Shown here: positions 27,601 through 37,595 of the stretch, piece by piece
Numbering within the stretch: position 1 is the first letter of the stretch
Layout of the letters: every line of letters starts with the position of its first letter
DNA from: SAR202 cluster bacterium
GTDB taxonomy: Bacteria > Chloroflexota > Dehalococcoidia > Lucifugimonadales > UBA826
NCBI GenBank assembly: GCA_022447825.1
Contig: JAKUTY010000004.1
Span: 6,180-70,179 of the forward strand
Direction of reading: 5' to 3'
DNA: 64,000 bases
Translations under genes and position numbers: made by a program
The notes under the pieces: generated by a model
What the model was told of the DNA's origin: nothing
Seen by the model: only the letters and a program-made list of their open reading frames with translations
Databases searched by the model: none

Positions 27601-28329
27601 ATGGAAATTATTCCTGCAATAGATATCAGAGGTGGAATGTGTGTGAGATTGACTCAAGGGGATTATTCTAAAGAAACTATTTTTGAGGAAGATCCCTTAA
27701 ACGTACTTAACAAATGGATCAATGCCGGAGCTAAATCTTTGCATATTGTAGATTTGGATGGAGCAAGATCTGGGAAAGCAATCAACAAAATTCTTATAAG
27801 TAGAATGATTAATTCTAGATCTAATTTAAATATACAATTGGGTGGAGGGATTCGATCTCAAGAAATTATAAATGAATATATTAATTTTGGTGTTAATAGA
27901 TTAATTTTAGGTACTGCAGCTATTAAAGATCAAAATCTGATTCAATGGCAAATTGAAACTTTTGGTACTGACTCTTTAGTAATTGGTGTCGATGCTAGAA
28001 ATGGTTTTGTTGAAATAGATGGATGGACAAGTAATAGCGGAGTTTTAGCTTCAGATTTAATTTCTCAGATGTTGGATTTAGGGGTCGAAAACTTTTTATA
28101 CACTGACATTTTGAAAGATGGGATGTTAACTGAACCAAATTACAAATTTATTGAAAAATTATTAAATCAATTTGATATTAAATTACAAATTGCCGGGGGT
28201 ATTGCTAATATTAATCATTTAAAAAAACTGGATGATTTAGGGGTGACTTCTGCAATTGTTGGTAAAGCAATTTATACTGGAGAGATTGACTTGTCTCAGG
28301 CAACTAAAATTTATAGTAATGGTGATTAA
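27601..28329 (+). CDS. hisA: ProFAR isomerase
   Basis: IIPAIDIRGGMCVRLTQGDY N-terminus. Confidence 0.93.
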   Translation: MEIIPAIDIRGGMCVRLTQGDYSKETIFEEDPLNVLNKWINAGAKSLHIVDLDGARSGKAINKILISRMINSRSNLNIQLGGGIRSQEIINEYINFGVNRLILGTAAIKDQNLIQWQIETFGTDSLVIGVDARNGFVEIDGWTSNSGVLASDLISQMLDLGVENFLYTDILKDGMLTEPNYKFIEKLLNQFDIKLQIAGGIANINHLKKLDDLGVTSAIVGKAIYTGEIDLSQATKIYSNGD

Positions 28330-28868
28330 TGACTGATAAAAATTTTTCTATTTCAAAAAACACTCCAAAATCAATTGATGTATATCATTTGATGTCATTA
28401 TTACCTGTTATGCCTTACTATCAGATAATTGATGTTGGGTGTGCTGACGGTACTTTATCTGTTCAATTAGCAAAATTGGTATACAGAGGAGATTTGCAAG
28501 CATTTGATGAAAATAAAAAAAATTTGACTACAACTAGGCAAAAATTTAAGCAAGCTCGTTTAACTAATGTTAAAGCTAAAGAAATCAAAGACCACGCCCT
28601 TCCTATTAAAAATGACACTATTGATTTAGCAACCTTGTCATATTTAAGTGAAAGGGTTGAAGATCCTAAAAAAATTATTGCTGAATCAGTGAGGGCTCTA
28701 AAATCTAGCGGATGGATTGCAATAATTGATAGAGAAATGGATATGGCAAAACTTCCTAATTCTGTAGAAAATTATAAAAAAATTGCAGAAAAATTAAAAT
28801 TAAAATTTAATATGAAACACAATTTGTCCGATGAAGACTACTTACTTACTTTTACTTTTAGGAAATAA
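28329..28868 (+). CDS. Class I SAM-dependent methyltransferase (unknown substrate) embedded in the his operon
   Basis: [10 protein letters not shown] (motif I-like). Its start overlaps the hisA stop (TAATG). 179 aa. Confidence 0.65.
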   Translation: MTDKNFSISKNTPKSIDVYHLMSLLPVMPYYQIIDVGCADGTLSVQLAKLVYRGDLQAFDENKKNLTTTRQKFKQARLTNVKAKEIKDHALPIKNDTIDLATLSYLSERVEDPKKIIAESVRALKSSGWIAIIDREMDMAKLPNSVENYKKIAEKLKLKFNMKHNLSDEDYLLTFTFRK

Positions 28869-28873
28869 ATTTC

Positions 28874-29692
28874 ATGCTTACTAAGCGAATTATTCCTTGT
28901 TTGGATGTTGATCAAGGTCGTGTAGTTAAGGGCATTAGTTTTGTAAATTTACGTGATGCTGGAGACCCTGTAGAGTTGGCTAGGTTTTATGATCAAGAAG
29001 GAGCGGATGAATTAGTTTTTCTTGATATTACAGCTTCATCAGATAATCGAAACATTATGGAAAATGTAGTTAAGTCTGTTTCTGAGGAAGTGTTTATTCC
29101 ACTGACTGTAGGCGGTGGAATAAGAAATAAAGAAGATATCCGGTTAATGCTTGAATCCGGAGCTGATAAAGTTTCTTTGAATTCAGCTGTTTTATCAAAC
29201 CCTGACATCATTTATCAATCTGCAGATTTTTTTGGATCACAATGTATTGTTTGTGCAATTGATGCAAAACGAATCTCCGATACGTCTGTAACTTTCAACG
29301 ACCAAATTTCTGAAGAGTATTCCATTGATTCTTCTACAGAATGGGAAGTATATTCTCATGGAGGTAGAAAGCCCACAGGTATTGATGTAGTTAAATGGTC
29401 TAAATATGTAGCTCAAATGGGAGCGGGAGAGATCCTACTGACAAGTATGGATAGAGATGGGCAAGAATCAGGTTACGATATTCAATTATTAAAAGATGTA
29501 TCTAACCAAATTTCCATTCCTCTTATTGCTAGCGGTGGAGCAGGGAAGATTGAGCATTTTAAACAAGCAATTGAACATGGAAAGGCCGATGCTGTTCTTG
29601 CTGCTAGTACATTTCATTTTGGAACTTTTTCTATAAATCAAGTAAAGCAATATTTACAAGATCATCATATACCAATTAGAAAAACTTATTAG
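28874..29692 (+). CDS. hisF: Imidazole glycerol phosphate synthase, cyclase subunit
   Basis: KRIIPCLDV and ASGGAG motifs. Confidence 0.95.
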   Translation: MLTKRIIPCLDVDQGRVVKGISFVNLRDAGDPVELARFYDQEGADELVFLDITASSDNRNIMENVVKSVSEEVFIPLTVGGGIRNKEDIRLMLESGADKVSLNSAVLSNPDIIYQSADFFGSQCIVCAIDAKRISDTSVTFNDQISEEYSIDSSTEWEVYSHGGRKPTGIDVVKWSKYVAQMGAGEILLTSMDRDGQESGYDIQLLKDVSNQISIPLIASGGAGKIEHFKQAIEHGKADAVLAASTFHFGTFSINQVKQYLQDHHIPIRKTY

Positions 29693-29701
29693 GAGAAAAT
29701 A

Positions 29702-30322
29702 ATGACTAATAAAATACAATTAGATCAAAATGGGTTAATCCCAGCAATTGCACAACATGCTGAGACTTCTGAAGTGTTGATGATGGGATATATGAATCCT
29801 GGTTCTATTAAAAGAACACTAGAGAGCGGTGAAGTATGGTTCTATAGTAGAAGTCGTTCTGATTTATGGCATAAAGGCGAAATATCAGGAAACTTTCTTA
29901 GAACAAAACAGATTATTGTTGATTGTGATGGAGATACGTTGCTCTTAAAAGTAATTCCTGATGGTCCTACTTGCCATACAGGGGAAAAATCTTGTTTTTC
30001 TACACAATTGTCAAATTATGAGTTCGTAGATTTTGATAAAGGATCTAATGTGATTGAAGAACTTTTTGCAGTGATTCAAGATCGTAAATTAAACCCATCA
30101 AATAAATCTTATACTTCACAACTTATATCAGATGGAATAGAAAGAATTGCCCAAAAAATTATCGAAGAAGCTGGTGAAGTTGCTATTGCTGCAGTAACTA
30201 GGCAAGAAAATGAAACTGCTGAAGAAATTTCAGATTTGTTGTATCACACGCTAGTTTTATTATCAGAAATGGAGATGAATCCAGAAAAAGTATGGGAAGT
30301 CTTACGTAGCAGAAGAACTTGA
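29702..30322 (+). CDS. hisI: Bifunctional phosphoribosyl-AMP cyclohydrolase/phosphoribosyl-ATP pyrophosphatase
   Basis: GLIPAIAQ...CHTG (HisI) followed by the EEAGE...DLLYH HisE module. Confidence 0.93.
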   Translation: MTNKIQLDQNGLIPAIAQHAETSEVLMMGYMNPGSIKRTLESGEVWFYSRSRSDLWHKGEISGNFLRTKQIIVDCDGDTLLLKVIPDGPTCHTGEKSCFSTQLSNYEFVDFDKGSNVIEELFAVIQDRKLNPSNKSYTSQLISDGIERIAQKIIEEAGEVAIAAVTRQENETAEEISDLLYHTLVLLSEMEMNPEKVWEVLRSRRT

Positions 30323-31198
30323 AGCGTCTTTGTCAGCTTCTATCGCTGATTGCATAGCTATAACTGCAACTTCGATTTGGTCATCATCTGGTTGTCTTGT
30401 AGTCAATGACTGAAGCCATAAACTTGGAGCTGAGATTGCCTTCATAATAAAATTGTTTTGATAGATACTGCTGAGTCTTATAAATTCATAGCTTAGACTT
30501 GCTATAAATGGAACCAAAACGATCCTAGACCCCACTACTATAAGTAAAGATTGTCGGGGAATTAATATGAATACTATCACTGCAATCAACATAATAGTTA
30601 ATAGAAATGCTGTACCGCATCTGGGGTGTGCTGTAGGATATTTTTTGATATTAGCAAGGTTTAACTCAAGGTTGTTTTCTTGGGCATGAACAGTCATATG
30701 CTCTGCTCCGTGATACATGAATACTCTTTTAATATCGGGCATCAACCCAATTACATAAATATATCCTATAAAAATTAGTAATCTAACAATTCCTTCGATA
30801 ATATTGCTGAAAATGTTTGATCCTAAAAACCCTTCAAATGGTGTACTAATTAATAATGGCAACATAAAGAAAAGGCCTATAGCTAACGTAAATGAAATAG
30901 TTATCATCAGCACTATAGACGCCCTATTAGGATCAGAATTTTCTTCTTCCATTGCTACTGCTGAAGAAAAATTTAATGCATTCATGCCTATAATCAATGT
31001 TTCTATTAAAGCAATTATTCCACGGATTAAAGGAGTCTTTCTGTATTTGGAGCGAAAAATATTTGCAATTGGTTTTATTTGGGTTTTTATTTCGCCCGAT
31101 GGAGATCTTACAGCAACTGATACGTTATTTTGCCCACGTATCATTACACCTTCTAGAACAGCTTGACCGCCATATGTGGGTGCTTGGTTTGAACTCAC
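30302..31198 (-). CDS. DUF1385-family membrane protein
   Basis: YGGQAVLEGVMIRG N-terminus and YHGAEH motif, with multiple TM helices. Its 3' end overlaps the convergent hisIE by 21 nt. Confidence 0.75.
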   Translation of the reverse strand: MSSNQAPTYGGQAVLEGVMIRGQNNVSVAVRSPSGEIKTQIKPIANIFRSKYRKTPLIRGIIALIETLIIGMNALNFSSAVAMEEENSDPNRASIVLMITISFTLAIGLFFMLPLLISTPFEGFLGSNIFSNIIEGIVRLLIFIGYIYVIGLMPDIKRVFMYHGAEHMTVHAQENNLELNLANIKKYPTAHPRCGTAFLLTIMLIAVIVFILIPRQSLLIVVGSRIVLVPFIASLSYEFIRLSSIYQNNFIMKAISAPSLWLQSLTTRQPDDDQIEVAVIAMQSAIEADKDASSSSAT

Positions 31199-31209
31199 GT
31201 ATACTAGTT

Positions 31210-31416
31210 TTAGGAGTTTAGATTATATCGTCGACGTAATCTTTCTACTCTACCTTCAGTATCAACAATCCTTTGTTCACCTGTAAAAAAAGGATGGCAA
31301 GTAGAACAAATTTCAATCTTTAGTTCTTGTTGAGTTGCACCAGTTGTAAATGTGTCTCCACATGAGCAAACTACTTTAGCTTCAGGGAAGTATTTGGGGG
31401 GGATATCAGGTTTCAT
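31210..31416 (-). CDS. rpmE: 50S ribosomal protein L31
   Basis: [23 protein letters not shown]...[10 protein letters not shown]. Start taken at the ATG 1 nt after the rpmA stop. The ORF-track 5' extension overlaps rpmA. Confidence 0.92.
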   Translation of the reverse strand: MKPDIPPKYFPEAKVVCSCGDTFTTGATQQELKIEICSTCHPFFTGEQRIVDTEGRVERLRRRYNLNS

Positions 31417-31417
31417 T

Positions 31418-31678
31418 CTACTGGACTCCTGGGTAAACACTTGCATGTTTTTTACCGTTAGAAAAATATTCATATTTAACGCTACCGTCAATTAATGAAT
31501 ACAAAGTATGATCTCTGCCAATGCCAACATTGTTTCCTGGTCGAATTTTAGTACCCCTTTGTCTAACTAAAATTGACCCCGCAGGAACTACTTGGGTATC
31601 GTATATTTTTATTCCTAATCTTTTAGATTTACTGTCTCTGCCATTTCTAGTGCTTCCGCCACCTTTTTTGTGAGCCAT
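31418..31678 (-). CDS. rpmA: 50S ribosomal protein L27
   Basis: [16 protein letters not shown] signature. Confidence 0.97.
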   Translation of the reverse strand: MAHKKGGGSTRNGRDSKSKRLGIKIYDTQVVPAGSILVRQRGTKIRPGNNVGIGRDHTLYSLIDGSVKYEYFSNGKKHASVYPGVQ

Positions 31679-31701
31679 CTGTATCTTGTCCTCTAATACG
31701 T

Positions 31702-32019
31702 TTATAAAGTAATTTGTGTAACTCTTAAATCTGTAAAATTTTGCCTATGTCCATTTTTTTTGCGGTATCTAGTTTTAGCTTTGTATTTAAAAACTATTAC
31801 TTTTTTATCCTTACCTTTGTTGACTACTTCTGCAGTCACTTCTGCACCTTCTATGGAAGGTTTACCAATTGTTACTTCTCCATCTTTTGAAATCAACCTG
31901 ACATCATCTAACGTGATAGTGTCACCTTGGTCTCCTGCAAGTGATTCTACTCTAATGGTATCGCCACTTTTTACCCTATATTGTTTTCCGCCAGTTTGAA
32001 CTATTGCAAAATCTGTCAT
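31702..32019 (-). CDS. rplU: 50S ribosomal protein L21
   Basis: [13 protein letters not shown] signature. Confidence 0.96.
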   Translation of the reverse strand: MTDFAIVQTGGKQYRVKSGDTIRVESLAGDQGDTITLDDVRLISKDGEVTIGKPSIEGAEVTAEVVNKGKDKKVIVFKYKAKTRYRKKNGHRQNFTDLRVTQITL

Positions 32020-32039
32020 TTTTTTCCCTCAGACAAAGA

Positions 32040-32068
32040 ATTTTATATTTGTATTTGGGTTTAGTCAA
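32040..32068 (-). promoter_or_regulatory. Candidate sigma70-type promoter for rplU-rpmA-rpmE
   Basis: On the minus strand, TTGACT (32068-32063), a 17-nt spacer, then TAAAAT (32045-32040). A GAGGGA SD precedes the rplU ATG. Confidence 0.45.
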
Positions 32069-32083
32069 TTAAATCACATGGAA

Positions 32084-32989
32084 TTAAATAAACATTTTGA
32101 CTGGTTTTAAAATATTTTCTTGGTGAATGAATTCAGCTATACCGAAAAAAATATTGTTGTGGTCAAAAACTTTGATGAGTTGATCCTCAGTTATCAAAGA
32201 ATCATGATGTATTTTTTGGCCGTATTTCAGTTTGATGCTTTCGTCTTCAGTTAATTGCTTTTTCTCCATATGGTTTAAAACACTATCTAAATTTGTAATT
32301 AGGCGAGAATAATTTTCTTGCTTAAGTTCTTCGTTGAGTGATTTTAATGAGATAGAATTTTCTATTATCATGTCACCTGCTTGTATTCTATTTAAAGATT
32401 TTAAATAAGCACCAGTGCCGATTTTTGTTCCCAAGTCATTTGCAAAAGATCTAACATAGAAACCTTTAGAGCATTTGATTTTTATAGTTAAATAGGGTGG
32501 GGCGAAATTTTCTAATTCAAGCTTAGTGACTTCAACTTTTCTTGAAGGTATTTCCACATGAATGCCCTGTCTTGCAAATTGATACATTCTTACACCATCT
32601 TTTTTAATGGCGCTATAAATAGGAGGTGTTTGATCAATGATTCCAAGAAATTTTATTAATTCATTTTCAATTCTAGATTTTGTAATGTGTTTATATGGTA
32701 GTTTCTTAGAGAATTCTCCCTCAGAGTCATATGTGTTGGTACTTTTTCCAATTTCAATTTCTGCTACATAGGTTTTTGAATCATCTAAAAGATATTCTAA
32801 TAGTCTTGTCGCATTGCCAATAGCTATTGGCAACACTCCAGTAGCAAGAGGGTCTAATGTTCCACCATGCCCTATTTTTTTTGTTTTTATCTCTTTTCTT
32901 AATTCTCGTACTACATCCATCGAAGTGAGCCCTATGGGTTTATCAATGTTAAAAAATCCGTGACGTAGGTGTGATGGATCTGAATTCAT
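32084..32989 (-). CDS. truB: tRNA pseudouridine(55) synthase
   Basis: GFFNIDKPIGLTSMDVV and GHGGTLDPLATGVL motifs. Confidence 0.94.
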   Translation of the reverse strand: MNSDPSHLRHGFFNIDKPIGLTSMDVVRELRKEIKTKKIGHGGTLDPLATGVLPIAIGNATRLLEYLLDDSKTYVAEIEIGKSTNTYDSEGEFSKKLPYKHITKSRIENELIKFLGIIDQTPPIYSAIKKDGVRMYQFARQGIHVEIPSRKVEVTKLELENFAPPYLTIKIKCSKGFYVRSFANDLGTKIGTGAYLKSLNRIQAGDMIIENSISLKSLNEELKQENYSRLITNLDSVLNHMEKKQLTEDESIKLKYGQKIHHDSLITEDQLIKVFDHNNIFFGIAEFIHQENILKPVKMFI

Positions 32990-33348
32990 TCTCGTGCTTC
33001 ATTTCTTGGCAAATCAATCGAGTCTAGTAAGTCCATGATTTTTTCAGCTTGATCTAGAGATTGATCTAATTTGAATTGAATAGAGGGGACATATTTCAAG
33101 TCTAGATTTTTTCTTAGTTGATTTTGTATGAATCCAGAAGCAGAACGAAGACCTTTTAACGCATTCTTTTGTGTTTTATTGTCTCCAATTACAGAAATAA
33201 AAACAGTTGAATTTTGTAAATTTCTAGAGGTTTTAATATCAATTATAGAGACAAAATCATTGATTCTAGGATCTTTAACTTGTCTATGAATTAAATTACT
33301 GATCTCTTTTTTAAGCAATGAATTTACACTGTTGATTCTATCTGCCAT
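32986..33348 (-). CDS. rbfA: Ribosome-binding factor A
   Basis: 120 aa with RbfA-like sequence (DPRI...VSIIDIKTSRNLQ). Between infB and truB. Confidence 0.9.
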   Translation of the reverse strand: MADRINSVNSLLKKEISNLIHRQVKDPRINDFVSIIDIKTSRNLQNSTVFISVIGDNKTQKNALKGLRSASGFIQNQLRKNLDLKYVPSIQFKLDQSLDQAEKIMDLLDSIDLPRNEARE

Positions 33349-33353
33349 GTAAA

Positions 33354-35117
33354 TTAATTGATTTGGACACTTGTGTATGCTTCTAAAATATCATCTTCTT
33401 TAAAATCATCAAATCCATCTAAACTTATTCCACCTTCAAAACCTGTAGCAACTTCTCTAACATCATCTTTAAAGTGTTTTAAGCTTGTCAGGTTTCCGAC
33501 AAAAATTTCGGATCCGTTTCGGAAAACATGAATACTAGCATCTCTAATTAGTTTCCCGTCAGAAACATAAATTCCTGCTATTCTTCTATGCCTTCCTAAA
33601 TTAAATATTGCCCTTACAGAAGCTCTTCCAATTAATTGCTCTTCAAATTCAGGTTCAAGCATACCAGCTAATGCTTTTTCGATATCTTCTACTAGATGAT
33701 AAATTACATCATATTGCCGGATCTCAATGTTTTCTTGTTTTGCTAAAGAATCTGCACCAGTTTCTGTATTAGAGTTGAATCCTATTATTATAGCTTGAGA
33801 GGCTACAGCTAGCAGCACATCTCTTTCAGAAATTCCCCCGCTTGCAATGTGAATAATATTTACTTTTGAGTCGCTACTATTTAAGTTTTCCAATGCATTT
33901 TTGATAGCATCAATGCTTCCTTGTACATCAGTTTTAATTATTAGGTCTACTTGTCTAATTTCTCCTGGCTGGCTTCTCATATGAACGTCTTGAAGTGAAA
34001 TCGATTCTTGCCTTTGTAATGCCTTTTGATTTTCTACTAATTTTTTGGCCTCTTTTTCGTTTTCGACTACATCAAAAAGTATTCCTGCTTCAGGGACTTC
34101 ATTTAACCCCATAATTTCAACAGGAGATGAAGGTCCGGCAATTTTTATTCTTTCACCTTGATCATCAAACATGGCTCTTATACGACCAAAATGTGAACCC
34201 ATTACTATCGAATCACCTTGTTTTAGTGTTCCTGTTTGAATAAGAATTGTTGCAACTGGACCTCGACTTTTTTCTAATCGAGCTTCTACAACAACTCCCT
34301 TGGCAATCCTGTCTGGATTAGCTTTTAACTCACCCAACTCAGCAACTATTTGAAGATTTTCTAGTAAGTCATTAATTCCCTCACCGGTAATTCCTGATAG
34401 TGGAATGGCTATAGTGTCTCCTCCCCAAGCTTCAACTAGAAGGTTATGCTCAGATAATTGTCTGTATACCTTATCTATGTCTGAATTAGGTATGTCGATT
34501 TTAGTAACGGCAATAATTATTGGAACATTTGCAGCACGTACATGGTCTAATGCTTCTATAGTTTGGGGCATCATTCCATCATCAGATGCTATTACCAAAA
34601 TAGCAATGTCTGTGATCTGTGCTCCCCTTGCTCTCATAGCAGTAAATGCTTCGTGACCGGGAGTGTCTAAAAAGGTCACAAGTTTGTCATTATGTTTGAT
34701 TTGGTATGCCCCGATATGTTGAGTTATTCCTCCTGCTTCTCCTTCAACTACATTGGCTTCTCTGATTTTGTCTAAAAGAGTTGTTTTGCCATGGTCAACA
34801 TGACCTAATATGGTCACAATAGGGGGACGTTCTACTAATTGATCAGGATCTTCTTCTGAGGTATTCAACGCTATAGAAGTAATAGGTTGGTTGTCAGGGT
34901 CATCAAGATCCGTTTTGAATCCGTAAACCTGAGATACTATAGAAGCTAGTTCATATTCGATCACATCGTTAACTGCGAACATATAACCGCCCCGCATTAA
35001 TTCTTTGACAATTTCTACAGGATTTACATCTAATAATTCTGAAAGGTCTGATACTGATATTGCGGAAGGTAGATTTAATTTTTTTGTTATACCGTCTGGG
35101 GAAGATTTAGTATTCAT
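33354..35117 (-). CDS. infB: Translation initiation factor IF-2 (short N-terminal region)
   Basis: [20 protein letters not shown] and TKID G-domain motifs, 587 aa. Confidence 0.96.
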   Translation of the reverse strand: MNTKSSPDGITKKLNLPSAISVSDLSELLDVNPVEIVKELMRGGYMFAVNDVIEYELASIVSQVYGFKTDLDDPDNQPITSIALNTSEEDPDQLVERPPIVTILGHVDHGKTTLLDKIREANVVEGEAGGITQHIGAYQIKHNDKLVTFLDTPGHEAFTAMRARGAQITDIAILVIASDDGMMPQTIEALDHVRAANVPIIIAVTKIDIPNSDIDKVYRQLSEHNLLVEAWGGDTIAIPLSGITGEGINDLLENLQIVAELGELKANPDRIAKGVVVEARLEKSRGPVATILIQTGTLKQGDSIVMGSHFGRIRAMFDDQGERIKIAGPSSPVEIMGLNEVPEAGILFDVVENEKEAKKLVENQKALQRQESISLQDVHMRSQPGEIRQVDLIIKTDVQGSIDAIKNALENLNSSDSKVNIIHIASGGISERDVLLAVASQAIIIGFNSNTETGADSLAKQENIEIRQYDVIYHLVEDIEKALAGMLEPEFEEQLIGRASVRAIFNLGRHRRIAGIYVSDGKLIRDASIHVFRNGSEIFVGNLTSLKHFKDDVREVATGFEGGISLDGFDDFKEDDILEAYTSVQIN

Positions 35118-35168
35118 ATTGACCTTTCAATGACTAGATTAACATTTCAATTCCTTTGATAGTGAATA

Positions 35169-36683
35169 TTAACGTCTTTTTTTGTTTCGATTATTATTTT
35201 TAGTAGATTTTGTTGTTCTGCGTGAAGATACTCCTCCACGTAAATCTTCAATATCTTCTGCAAACCTGATTGGCCCAGAGCCTGACTCTTGTTTCATGCC
35301 TGCCCTATGAATTGACCAAATATCTTCTGGGAGATCAGATATTTCTTTGCCTTCTGATTCCATTTCAATTTCATTTGTTTCTTCTTCAAGGAGCAATAAT
35401 TCTTCTTCAGGTGATAATCCCTCATCTTCTTGAACATCATTTTCTTCTGTTTCAGCCTCTTGAATAGTTAATTCTTCTTCAGCAATTAAGGCTAATAATT
35501 CTTGCTCTTCTTCGTCTATTATTTCTTGGGTTTCTTGAGATTCAACAACATTTTCATTATTTGTTTCTGTCAGATCATCAAGTATTTCTTCTGTAGGTTC
35601 GGTGGAAATTTCAAATACTTCTGGATCGGGCAATTCAGATAAGTCAACGTCCATGTCGCTCTTAATATCAACAGTCCATCCACATAATTTAGCAGCTAGC
35701 CTTGCATTTTGACCTTCTTTACCAATAGCTAAAGATAAATGACGATCAGGAACTACAGCTACAGCTGTTCCATTTTCTGCGTGAACATCTACTCTTAAGA
35801 CTTGAGAGGGACTTAATGCGTTTTGAATAAATTTGTTGGGGTCCTTATCCCACTCTAAAATGTCGATTTTTTCTCCTTGGAGTTCATTGACAATACTTTG
35901 TATTCTAACTCCTCTTAATCCAACACAGGAGCCAACGGGATCAACACCTTGTTGCTTTGCACGTACTGCTACCTTACTTCTAGAGCCGCTTTCTCTTGCA
36001 ACAGCAACAATTTCAACTGATCCACTGTATATTTCGGGAACTTCTTGCTCAAACAGTCGAATTAATAAATCTTCTGAAGATCTAGAAACAATTAATTCAG
36101 GGCCTTTGGTAGAATCTTGATCGATAGCTCTAAGAACCACTTTAATTTTGGCGCCCTGTCTATATCTTTCAGAATGTACCTGTTGGCTAGTAGGCATAAT
36201 TGCTTCAGCTCGTCCCGTGTCTACTACAATTTTGCCCGGTTCAATTCTTTGGATTGTTGCGGTAAATATTTCACCTTCTTTACCTTCATATTCAGCTAGA
36301 ACTAATTCTTTTTCAGCCTCTCTTAATCTTTGTAGCACAACTTGTTTAGCTGTTTGTGCTGCAATTCTACCCGCGCTGTTTGGAATATTTTGAGTTCGAA
36401 TAGTATCCCCAATTTTAGAGTCGGGATTGAATTCTTTTTTTGCGTCTTCAACAGTGATTTCTTGGAGTGGATCTTCAACTACTTCTACTACAGTTTTGAT
36501 AACATCCACTTGAATATCACCTGAACCAGGGTCTAATCTAACAGAAATATTATGACCCTCAGTGACACTATCTTTTTTAAAGGCAGAAACTAGAGCAGCT
36601 TCTATTGCAGACATTACTTTTTCTCGTGGGAGACCTCTTTCGGCAGCTAGCTGAGTTAATGCAACAAGAAAATCACTTTTCAT
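35169..36683 (-). CDS. nusA: Transcription termination/antitermination protein NusA with a long acidic C-terminal extension
   Basis: N-terminal domain, S1 and two KH regions ([30 protein letters not shown]). About 160 extra C-terminal residues, E/D-rich and ending in a basic tail. Confidence 0.95.
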   Translation of the reverse strand: MKSDFLVALTQLAAERGLPREKVMSAIEAALVSAFKKDSVTEGHNISVRLDPGSGDIQVDVIKTVVEVVEDPLQEITVEDAKKEFNPDSKIGDTIRTQNIPNSAGRIAAQTAKQVVLQRLREAEKELVLAEYEGKEGEIFTATIQRIEPGKIVVDTGRAEAIMPTSQQVHSERYRQGAKIKVVLRAIDQDSTKGPELIVSRSSEDLLIRLFEQEVPEIYSGSVEIVAVARESGSRSKVAVRAKQQGVDPVGSCVGLRGVRIQSIVNELQGEKIDILEWDKDPNKFIQNALSPSQVLRVDVHAENGTAVAVVPDRHLSLAIGKEGQNARLAAKLCGWTVDIKSDMDVDLSELPDPEVFEISTEPTEEILDDLTETNNENVVESQETQEIIDEEEQELLALIAEEELTIQEAETEENDVQEDEGLSPEEELLLLEEETNEIEMESEGKEISDLPEDIWSIHRAGMKQESGSGPIRFAEDIEDLRGGVSSRRTTKSTKNNNRNKKRR

Positions 36684-36722
36684 CTCGACTGCCTCCGTTA
36701 TAGTGTATAAATTATTCTATAT

Positions 36723-36754
36723 AAAAAAGAAAGTGGGCTTAACCCACTTCTTTC
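36723..36754 (-). terminator. Terminator-like hairpin plus U-tract in the nusA 5' leader (candidate attenuator)
   Basis: The minus-strand RNA reads GAAAGAAGUGGG-UUAAG-CCCACUUUCUUUUUU. The 7-bp core AAGUGGG/CCCACUU extends with one bulge, and U6 lies at 36728-36723. Ends about 39 nt upstream of the nusA ATG. Confidence 0.5.
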
Positions 36755-36776
36755 AAACAAAATAAACTGTCCGAGT

Positions 36777-36805
36777 ATTATAGCATTTGTGTTACTGGTA
36801 AACAA
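36777..36805 (-). promoter_or_regulatory. Candidate extended -10 promoter for the nusA operon
   Basis: On the minus strand, TTGTTT (36805-36800), a 17-nt spacer ending in TGC, then TATAAT (36782-36777). Confidence 0.45.
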
Positions 36806-36837
36806 CATTTAGATAGCTTATTGGGAGTATGTAGAGA

Positions 36838-37581
36838 TTGAATGCTAGAGCTTTAATTTTAGCTTTGTTTTTTATTGCAAGTTTATTTTCTTTTTCGTGT
36901 GCAGATAATGATTCTGAGAATGTTAATATTTCAGCTGCTGCAAGTTTACAAAATGTTTTGAATGATTTGAAATTAATTTATGAAGCTAAATACGACGGAA
37001 ATCTGATTATAAATTATGCCGGATCTTATACTCTTTCGTTCCAAATTAACGAGGGAATGAAATCAGATGTTTTTATTCCAGCAGGTGGTTCTCCTGTACA
37101 AAAATTGGAAAACAAACAATTTGATGTACAGCCTTTTTTGTCTAATAAATTAGTATTGATTTCAAATAAAAAAATATATTTTACTGAATGGAGTTCAGAA
37201 AACTTGAAAATTTTTAAACGTATAGCTATTGCAGATCCAAGATTTTCGCCTGCGGGAGAATATTCTTTAGAGGCTATAAATAGTTTGGATAATAGTTCAG
37301 AGTTAATTAGCAATTTGGTATTCGCCAAAGATGTGTCAGCAACCTTGTCGTACGTTAAAAGGGGGTTGGCAGATATCGGGATAGTTTATTTATCAGACTC
37401 AATTAAAGATTCTCAAATATATACAAGCGATGTCATACCTGAAGATGCTTACTCTCGTATTGAGTATCCGATTGTAACTTTTTCAAATATGTCAAAGAAA
37501 ACGGAACATTTTTTAGAGTTTTTAATTCAAAAAGAATCAATCACAAAAATTAACGAAGAAGGCTTTGTGATTCATGACTAA
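36838..37581 (+). CDS. modA: Molybdate ABC transporter substrate-binding lipoprotein
   Basis: Lipobox FSFSC, ModA-like sequence, followed by modB and modC. TTG start. Confidence 0.85.
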   Translation: MNARALILALFFIASLFSFSCADNDSENVNISAAASLQNVLNDLKLIYEAKYDGNLIINYAGSYTLSFQINEGMKSDVFIPAGGSPVQKLENKQFDVQPFLSNKLVLISNKKIYFTEWSSENLKIFKRIAIADPRFSPAGEYSLEAINSLDNSSELISNLVFAKDVSATLSYVKRGLADIGIVYLSDSIKDSQIYTSDVIPEDAYSRIEYPIVTFSNMSKKTEHFLEFLIQKESITKINEEGFVIHD

Positions 37582-37595
37582 TAAGTAGGAATTAT

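Noticed and set aside
31417-31491. 5' extension of rpmE to 93 aa
   Set aside because: It overlaps rpmA. L31 begins at MKPDIP, immediately after the rpmA stop.
36684-36837. Possible Moco riboswitch upstream of modA
   Set aside because: I could not recognise the conserved Moco-motif elements on the plus strand. The structured element present is better oriented for the minus-strand nusA leader.
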